64,000 nucleotides of DNA from the NCBI GenBank assembly GCA_965372795.1, contig CBDVDR010000002.1, positions 96,001 to 160,000 of the forward strand, in the 5' to 3' direction. The notes under the pieces are model-generated. The model was given only the letters and a program-made list of their open reading frames with translations, was not told the DNA's origin and did not search any database. The stretch is from an uncultured bacterium (lineage in GTDB: Bacteria > Zixibacteria > MSB-5A5 > GN15 > FEB-12). The translations under genes and the position numbers were made by a program. This document shows positions 58,158 through 64,000 of the stretch, piece after piece (positions within the stretch are counted from its first letter, which is position 1; each line of letters begins with the position of its first letter).

Positions 58158-59120
58158 ATGAAAATACTCACCGTTGCTCTTCAAAAAGATGGTCAGCTTG
58201 TCCCGGCTTCGTTTGAATTAATCGAAGCGGCTAAAAAGCTTCAGGGCGAAATCATGACCGCGATATTGGCTGAAAATGCTCAAGCTTCCGCAGAAATACT
58301 GGCATCCCGGGGCGGAGGACAGGTTTTTGCTGTTTCTAATCCGGCTTTGAAATATTTTAATGATGAAGTTTATGTCAAAGTTTTGACTGAACTGATAAAG
58401 AAACATAATCCTGATCTGGTTTTGGGACCGGCATCGTTCTATGGGAAAGCTCTTTTCTCAAGACTTGCTGCCAAGAACGGATCAAAGATGGCTTCTGATA
58501 TTAATGGGTTAGCCCTTGATGGTGATAATGTTGTTGTGAGTCGTCCGAATTATGGCGGTTCGGTTATTTCTGATGTTGTCCAAAATGGCGACGGACCTTT
58601 CTTTGCAACCGTACGTCCGAAAATATTTCCGGAGTCTCAAGACGGTGCCGGTGAGGTAGTGGTTGAAGAAGTTGACGGCACAGCCTTTGAGTCTAAAATG
58701 GAAATTAAAGAGATGAAAGTCGAATCTGCCGGAGCCGTGAATTTGACCGAGGCTGATATTATTGTTTCGGCGGGTCGCGGTTTGAAAGATGCCGAATCGG
58801 TTGGCATCGTCAGAGATTTAGCCGATTCACTCGGAGCGGCGTTTGGCGCCTCGCGGGCGATTGTTGATGCCGGCTGGGTTCCGTATTCTGATCAGGTCGG
58901 ACAGACCGGTAAGACGGTTAATCCAAAATTGTATTTTGCGGTTGGTATCTCGGGTGCGATTCAGCATTTAGTCGGGATGCGTTCCTCTCAGACAATTGTA
59001 GCGGTGAACAAAGATAAAGATGCGCCGATTTTTAATGTTGCCAATTATGGCATTGTTGGGGATGCGTTTGAAATTGTTCCGGCGTTGACAGCGAAGTTTA
59101 AGAAAGAACTGCAGAGTTAA
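58158..59120 (+). CDS. etfA: Electron transfer flavoprotein alpha subunit
   Basis: RPNYGG, IVSAGRG, GASRAIVDAGW, QVGQTGKTV.P.LY.A.GISGAIQH. Confidence 0.95.
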   Translation: MKILTVALQKDGQLVPASFELIEAAKKLQGEIMTAILAENAQASAEILASRGGGQVFAVSNPALKYFNDEVYVKVLTELIKKHNPDLVLGPASFYGKALFSRLAAKNGSKMASDINGLALDGDNVVVSRPNYGGSVISDVVQNGDGPFFATVRPKIFPESQDGAGEVVVEEVDGTAFESKMEIKEMKVESAGAVNLTEADIIVSAGRGLKDAESVGIVRDLADSLGAAFGASRAIVDAGWVPYSDQVGQTGKTVNPKLYFAVGISGAIQHLVGMRSSQTIVAVNKDKDAPIFNVANYGIVGDAFEIVPALTAKFKKELQS

Positions 59121-59139
59121 AATAGATATTTGAGATTAT

Positions 59140-59169
59140 AAAAAAGCCCGCTTTGAGCGGGCTTTTTTT
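59140..59169 (+). terminator. Rho-independent terminator (partial second copy at 59276-59298)
   Basis: AAAAAAGCCCGCT-ttg-AGCGGGCTTTTTT. Confidence 0.8.
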
Positions 59170-59173
59170 GTGG

Positions 59174-59347
59174 CACACTTCGTGTGGATTATTTATATGA
59201 TATCAGACAATTAGTAGTTCTTGAGTAGGTCAGGAGCCCTGCGCTCCTGACTTTTTATTTTGTACTTTAAAAGTTCCGCTTTGAGCGGTTTTTTTTTTGT
59301 GGGGGAGCTTTGTGTTATGGGGTAGACGAGGGCGTCTGCCACCCACC
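59174..59347. repeat. REP-like cluster
   Basis: CACACTTCGTGTG (59174); GTAGGTCAGGAGCCCTGCGCTCCTGAC (59225-59251); ATGGGGTAGACGAGGGCGTCTGCCACCCAC. Confidence 0.8.
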
Positions 59348-59998
59348 CACTACATCACCTTGCCAAACGATGTCATCAATAATGGTAACTTCATGAACAT
59401 TTTTAGATGAATCATAAGTTAGAAGCGATCTTTGATTGATTCCTTCGAAAGTTCCAACTTCACCGTTCCATTGAAATGATACAATCACTCTTATATAAAA
59501 ATTTTGTTTCCAATTCTTTTTTTCTCGTGCGTCAATAGGTACACTATGAGTTTCATTTTTTCCTAATTTTCCAATTTTATTAGAAGCAGTACCAATTATT
59601 GATACTCCAAGGCTATCCCATGAATAAATACTTTTAATGTTCAGATTGTAAGCATCTGAAGCTCCATAATTCTTAATTGATAAATCACTCCGTAAAGTGC
59701 TATCTGATAATATTTCTACTTTAATCCCTTCAGAAAGTCCAGGTTTAGATAACATTCGTTGAAGCCTAACTTGTTCCTGAGTAAGTTGAAGTTGATTGTT
59801 TGTGCACATCAACCCAATAGCTACCAAAACAAGACCTATCGCTGAAATCCAATGTGGAGCATTTCTGATAATTTTACTTAACTTCGTTTGAGGTCGTTGA
59901 CAAACTGGACAGATTCTCGCACCTAACTTAAGTTCTGAACTACATGAACTGCATTCCCTTGATTCGTATCTTATTATCTTTTTATTTGTTTCTGACAT
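59315..59998 (-). CDS. AT-rich membrane protein with N-terminal CxxC..CxxC zinc ribbon
   Basis: CSSC...CPVC, one TM, C-terminal beta domain; last codons run into a REP. Confidence 0.7.
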   Translation of the reverse strand: MSETNKKIIRYESRECSSCSSELKLGARICPVCQRPQTKLSKIIRNAPHWISAIGLVLVAIGLMCTNNQLQLTQEQVRLQRMLSKPGLSEGIKVEILSDSTLRSDLSIKNYGASDAYNLNIKSIYSWDSLGVSIIGTASNKIGKLGKNETHSVPIDAREKKNWKQNFYIRVIVSFQWNGEVGTFEGINQRSLLTYDSSKNVHEVTIIDDIVWQGDVVGGWQTPSSTP

Positions 59999-60215
59999 TA
60001 CTGCTCTACCTTAAAATAATGTATTTCTTATTTCAATCCATCACTACTTATTCCAAAGTACTACTCAACAATATTATTTTTGTAAATCAATATTCCTGTG
60101 CCCTCGACTAGCTGGGTAGCCCACTCCTTGGGGTGGGTTTCTGTTCAATTAAATTTAAATAAGGATGAACTTTAAACGCACCCCAAGGGATCCTGCCCTA
60201 CAAAATTTGATCTGA

Positions 60216-60503
60216 TTATAGGTTATAATACTTTGTGATATAAGTTACCCCAACCATAACTGTTCCAGTCAAAATATGAAAAGCAATAGATTTTAATCCC
60301 CACCGTTTTTCCGGAATGTACGCATATGTCATTCCGATTGAAATAATCACTCCCGCAAGGAACCAGCCGAGGGTTAAATATCCCTTGTCCTCTAATATAG
60401 TCGCTAATGGAAGCCCGACACAGAATCCTGTGAATAGTATTAAATAACCTTTTGGCGTTATCTTTGTTTTAGATTTTTTTGTTAAGCTTGTTTTTTCTTC
60501 CAT
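60216..60503 (-). CDS. Small 3-TM hypothetical membrane protein (95 aa)
   Basis: Start MEEKTSL chosen from RBS GGAG within the shared leader. Confidence 0.7.
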   Translation of the reverse strand: MEEKTSLTKKSKTKITPKGYLILFTGFCVGLPLATILEDKGYLTLGWFLAGVIISIGMTYAYIPEKRWGLKSIAFHILTGTVMVGVTYITKYYNL

Positions 60504-60612
60504 AAATAAACTCCAGTTGTAATTGCTCAAGTAGGGTAAAACACTTTAGTGGTTCTCCAATTCGTCAAGAGCACATCCGCCTTGGCGGACTGACCTACTC
60601 AATCTGAACTGC

Positions 60613-60876
60613 TCAAATTTCAAGTATTTCTGAAACAAAGATGCCAAAAAATGCAGAACCAAAGGCTATGAATATTATTCCAGTTTTCATAAACTTTAAC
60701 CCTTTGGGAGTATACCAGCTTTTCAACCTCTCTGTGTAATCCGATGCAAATGGGTTTATATATTTCCAGGAAAAATACCCAAGGTGTTCTTCTGTTCGGT
60801 TTCGGTAACTGAGGACAGAAAACAAAATCCCCAAAAACATACAAATACTACTCAAAACACCAAAAATAATATTCAT
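60613..60876 (-). CDS. Small 2-TM hypothetical membrane protein (87 aa)
   Basis: Start MNIIFGV chosen from RBS AGGAG within the shared leader; the longer ORF only translates REP sequence. Confidence 0.7.
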   Translation of the reverse strand: MNIIFGVLSSICMFLGILFSVLSYRNRTEEHLGYFSWKYINPFASDYTERLKSWYTPKGLKFMKTGIIFIAFGSAFFGIFVSEILEI

Positions 60877-60915
60877 AAATAAACTCCTGTTGTAATTGTT
60901 CAAGTAGGGCAGGGT

Positions 60916-60961
60916 GAGATTGCTTCGTCGCTTCACTCCTCGCAATGACACCCTTCGGGTG
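60916..60961 (-). repeat. GTCATTGCGAG...GAAGCAATCTC palindromic element plus CACCC-TTC-GGGTG mini-hairpin
   Basis: Minus strand TGTCATTGCGAGGAGTGAAGCGACGAAGCAATCTC resembles a widespread intergenic palindromic repeat type. Confidence 0.6.
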
Positions 60962-61130
60962 CTTTTCTCTTTGTAGTATGAATAGTAAACCCACCCCAAG
61001 GAGTGGGCCACCCGCTTTAATTACAAATTCATGAGGATAATATAATCTACGTTATTTTAGTCCGATCAGCAAGAAAATTGTCCGTTGCACACGTAACCGG
61101 GGATTGGTTGATTATGTTCTGCGAACCTGC

Positions 61131-61362
61131 TGTCGAAACCACAGGGGTTTTACCCTACGGGCAGAACCCGACCTACTCAAATGAGAATATTTGGAAGTTC
61201 TCTGCTGACAGGTCAGGTCTCCAAGAGAAGAGAGACCTGACCTACGGGAGTAAAATTATGTGTAAATGTTAAAAATGAGCAAACGAACCCAAATTGTTGT
61301 AAGACCCAATAATAGAAAGGTTTGCAAATAAAAAAGGCAGGTCTCGGGGAGACCTGCCCTAC
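61131..61362. repeat. REP-like cluster homologous to 8824-8903 and 46753-46848
   Basis: TGTCGAAACCACAGGGGTTT...; GGTCAGGTCTCCAAGAGAAGAGAGACCTGACCTAC; GGCAGGTCTCGGGGAGACCTGCCCTAC. Confidence 0.85.
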
Positions 61363-61383
61363 AAATATAATTGTAATTTTGCG

Positions 61384-62955
61384 TTACGGGGTGGTGACGA
61401 TTATGTCCTGAGTTATAACATCAGTTCCACATGGATTGCTCACCGTTAAAGTCACAGTATAAGTGCCGGCATCTGTGAAGATGTAGGAAGGAGAACCAAT
61501 AAGGGAAGTGTCAGACTCAACCGCTGGGTCGCCAAAATCCCAAAAACGTGAAATAGACGCAGTCGACAGATCGCTAAACAATACCTCAAGTGGCGCATCA
61601 CCGGTAGTAACATCAGCACTCATAGCGGCAACCGGAACCTGATCGGAAATTCCAATAATGTTAGTCAGTTTCAAGGTGTCAATGTTACCGGCATCACGTC
61701 CGAAAACAATCAGCTGAACCGAGTATATGCCTTCAGTTAAAAAGGTATAAGTATATTCAGGTTCAATAGCAGTATAGACAATCGTGTCGTTTACAAAATT
61801 CCATTCCAGAGAATCTATGGCACCGGAAGAGTTATTGGTAAAAGTTATCAGGTCAGTGTTGCAGGCATTAACGAGGTCATAAGAGAAATCGGCATTGACC
61901 GGCAGGGAATCCCAGCGTTCGACTGATTCGCCTAAAATTTGATTGATGAAATTCGGGTTATGAACTCCAAAAGATCCGTCTCGTTCATAAATAAGATAGT
62001 TGGATAACATTCTTATAATATCAGGATTGAAATTATCAACCATGTTGATGTTGTTATTTTCATCAAGAATCGTTGTTGATTTTAGAATAGCTTCAAGGCT
62101 GTCTGAGAGGATTTTTATACTGGCTAATTTTGGCGGACTGTTAAAATCAGATAATGGCAAACTTGAATGACAACCGCTCTGGTTGCAATTATTAACGTAG
62201 TGATTGCCTTCATCATCAGCGAGATTAAAGGTATGTTCTCCGAATGAATATCCTTTGCCGTTTCCGAAGTGACAGATCAAGCAACCATCTGCATTTTTAA
62301 TAGCATCTTTGTGAGATGGAATGGTCGTTGTGTCGGTGAAAATAAAAGCATTGGTGCCGACGATAACATCAGCCTGAATACTGTTATGAGCCCCAAAATC
62401 AGCCGGGACTAAAGTATCTGAAGTGGCACCATTAGCAGGTGTCGTGAGGTCATTGATTCCTTTATGGCAATTAACACACATGATTGATTTGTCGTCGGTA
62501 TCGAGAAAATAATTTTCGCCGTTGGCGAGGGTCAGAAATCCGCCTTCAGCTCCGCCTCGTAATCTTGAGACCAGCGAATCATCCCAGATTTGATAATCAT
62601 AACTATGGGGGCTATGGCAGGTAAAACATCCAATGGTCGAATAGAGAGGGTCACTTGAGATAAAAACGGAATCAAATTCTTTGATATAGCCTTCATGCGA
62701 ATGACATTCTTCACCACACCCGATGGCAGTATCAATGTATAAGGCTGAAGCATGTTTTGAGTTTTCCCATTGTCCTTTGGGGCGGAGAAACCGGTTATCT
62801 GAGTCGGAGTGACAATTGTAACAGCCAATACCGAGGGTAGAGTCATATACGGTATTTTCGATTCTTTCGGTAACGAGTTCATCACACCCGGGCAGAGAAA
62901 ACGCCGCCGCTAAAATCAGCAAAAAGAAAAATGGGAGTAAACGTCTGCTATTCAT
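61384..62955 (-). CDS. Multiheme c-type cytochrome lipoprotein with two C-terminal PKD domains
   Basis: Lipobox LPGC; CYNCH, CFTCH, CVNCH, CLICH plus CGEECH and CNQSGCH; DGSFGVHNP; WNF / WDFGD PKD modules. Confidence 0.85.
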   Translation of the reverse strand: MNSRRLLPFFFLLILAAAFSLPGCDELVTERIENTVYDSTLGIGCYNCHSDSDNRFLRPKGQWENSKHASALYIDTAIGCGEECHSHEGYIKEFDSVFISSDPLYSTIGCFTCHSPHSYDYQIWDDSLVSRLRGGAEGGFLTLANGENYFLDTDDKSIMCVNCHKGINDLTTPANGATSDTLVPADFGAHNSIQADVIVGTNAFIFTDTTTIPSHKDAIKNADGCLICHFGNGKGYSFGEHTFNLADDEGNHYVNNCNQSGCHSSLPLSDFNSPPKLASIKILSDSLEAILKSTTILDENNNINMVDNFNPDIIRMLSNYLIYERDGSFGVHNPNFINQILGESVERWDSLPVNADFSYDLVNACNTDLITFTNNSSGAIDSLEWNFVNDTIVYTAIEPEYTYTFLTEGIYSVQLIVFGRDAGNIDTLKLTNIIGISDQVPVAAMSADVTTGDAPLEVLFSDLSTASISRFWDFGDPAVESDTSLIGSPSYIFTDAGTYTVTLTVSNPCGTDVITQDIIVTTP

Positions 62956-63068
62956 AGATTTGTATCCTATTTTTATTGTTGTTAAGTTATATAACTGTCC
63001 ATACGAATGAAGTCAATTGTTTATTTTTTAAACAGAAAACTATAATAAGTTTCATTTAAATGAATTAA

Positions 63069-63455
63069 GTGATTGAGGCGGGGTATTCAGAATTACAAAG
63101 AGTGGTGACCTGTCCCGGATGCGGGGCAGGATTGACATTGGAGACAGATATTTATGTGCTGAGTTGTAATTACTACAGTTCAGTTCTGTGGGTTATTATG
63201 CCTGAAATTCCGGCTTTTAACTCGCAGAATTATGACGGTCTTTTGCGGGTGGCGCGAAGAATGAGCTATGCTTTTAATAAGCTTGAATTAGAACCGGTAA
63301 TTGCATCAACCGAACAGTTTCAACCGGTAGAAGTTAATATCAAGGAAGCGATTCAGCAGTCATCTTTATTGCTTTATAAAGAACAGAATTACTTCTATCT
63401 CGACACGATTCTTGAGTCGATAACTTTTGAAAAAAATATGATAGAATCGGTCTGA
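63069..63455 (+). pseudogene. Possible degenerate zinc-ribbon protein fragment
   Basis: CPGCG followed by CNYY where a second CxxC is expected; no clear RBS. Confidence 0.3.
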
Positions 63456-63715
63456 TTCGGAACTCTTTCACATTATTACAGTACAATAAATAAGTTTGGA
63501 AACGGGTTGTTTTTTGATGCCTAATTTGCTTGCTTTACGGCAAGTTTGGGGCTATTTTCCCGAATGATTTTGCAGAAACAGAATTGCGGAATTTGAAAAA
63601 AATAGAACTGAGAAAAATATTAACAGCCGCCTTACCTGGGAATAATTTTTAGTATAAAAATTCATTTTGTACTAAGAATATATTTTAGGTGCGGTAATTT
63701 TTTTGGAGATAATGA

Positions 63716-64000
63716 GTGATTAAAATAGTGATTTCTTTATTCATGATTATTCTATTTCCGGTTATTGTAACAGCCGGAACCGCCAGTACTTTTGATCTCC
63801 CCGATACAGCTTATGCTTCAAATGTTGTCATTGATTTGTTAGAGGCTGATGGCATCATCTGGCTGGCAACTGATGACGGGTTGAACTTTTCATTGGATTC
63901 AGGGAAGACCTGGCTTTTGTATAACAAGGATAACGGGCTGGTCAGTGAGTCGGTCTCAGCCATGTTGTTTGTTGACGGCCGAATTTATGTAGCCACGAAC
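63716..64000 (+). CDS. Partial (3'-truncated) secreted beta-propeller protein
   Basis: RBS GGAG plus GTG; signal peptide; IWLATDDGL, S.DSGKTW (BNR/Asp-box-like), GL.SE.V, IYVAT; open to the window end. Confidence 0.7.
   Translation, partial: MIKIVISLFMIILFPVIVTAGTASTFDLPDTAYASNVVIDLLEADGIIWLATDDGLNFSLDSGKTWLLYNKDNGLVSESVSAMLFVDGRIYVATN

Larger units (their letters stand above)
60114..61013. repeat. 27-bp inverted repeat pair (60114-60140 / 60987-61013) enclosing two small genes and further REPs
   Basis: GGGTAGCCCACTCCTTGGGGTGGGTTT vs AAACCCACCCCAAGGAGTGGGCCACCC, one mismatch. Confidence 0.8.

Noticed and set aside
60877..61272. N-terminal extension of ORF 60613..61011 and ORF 61078..61272
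   Set aside because: They merely translate REP/palindromic repeat sequence; an RBS supports the start at 60876
1498..62885. Numerous 60-125 aa ORFs overlapping long genes on the opposite strand or in alternate frames
   Set aside because: Shadow ORFs within well-supported genes, lacking RBS or recognisable motifs
1..64000. tRNA, rRNA, riboswitch, transposase or prophage genes
   Set aside because: No cloverleaf, rRNA-like or known riboswitch pattern was recognised by eye, and no transposase, integrase or phage protein motifs appear in the ORFs; a covariance-model scan was not possible

Overview
AT-rich bacterial chromosome segment from a diderm. Several secreted proteins with QNYPNPFN...K(M/L)xLxK C-terminal domains, a PorV/PorQ-family gene and LPS genes suggest an FCB-group or Zixibacteria-like organism (inference, not verified). 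Core content: trpS-scpA-scpB-rluB, lpxL-like/MacA-MacB-TolC-like/waaF, fur-feoA-feoB, ecfT-truA-tal-purB-psd-pssA-purS-purQ-tatA and etfA. It also holds two sigma54 activators, two S8 proteases, an M6 metalloprotease, a TonB receptor-PorV-lipoprotein cluster, an FHA/phosphoesterase/CHASE2-kinase operon and a multiheme cytochrome-PKD lipoprotein. No rRNA, tRNA, CRISPR, transposase or integrase was seen. The most notable signals are: (1) a small secreted pro-peptide gene directly upstream of a TPR-GAF-sigma54 activator, a possible RRNPP-like peptide-sensing system; (2) a 300-bp unit at the waaF 3' end, bounded by 75-bp direct repeats, carrying a perfect sigma70 promoter and a leaderless 53-aa acidic ORF; (3) mosaic GTAG-footed REP-like hairpins and CTTCG/CGAAG mini-hairpins that bracket AT-rich orphan genes, two of which share a 36-nt REP-linked leader with RBS.
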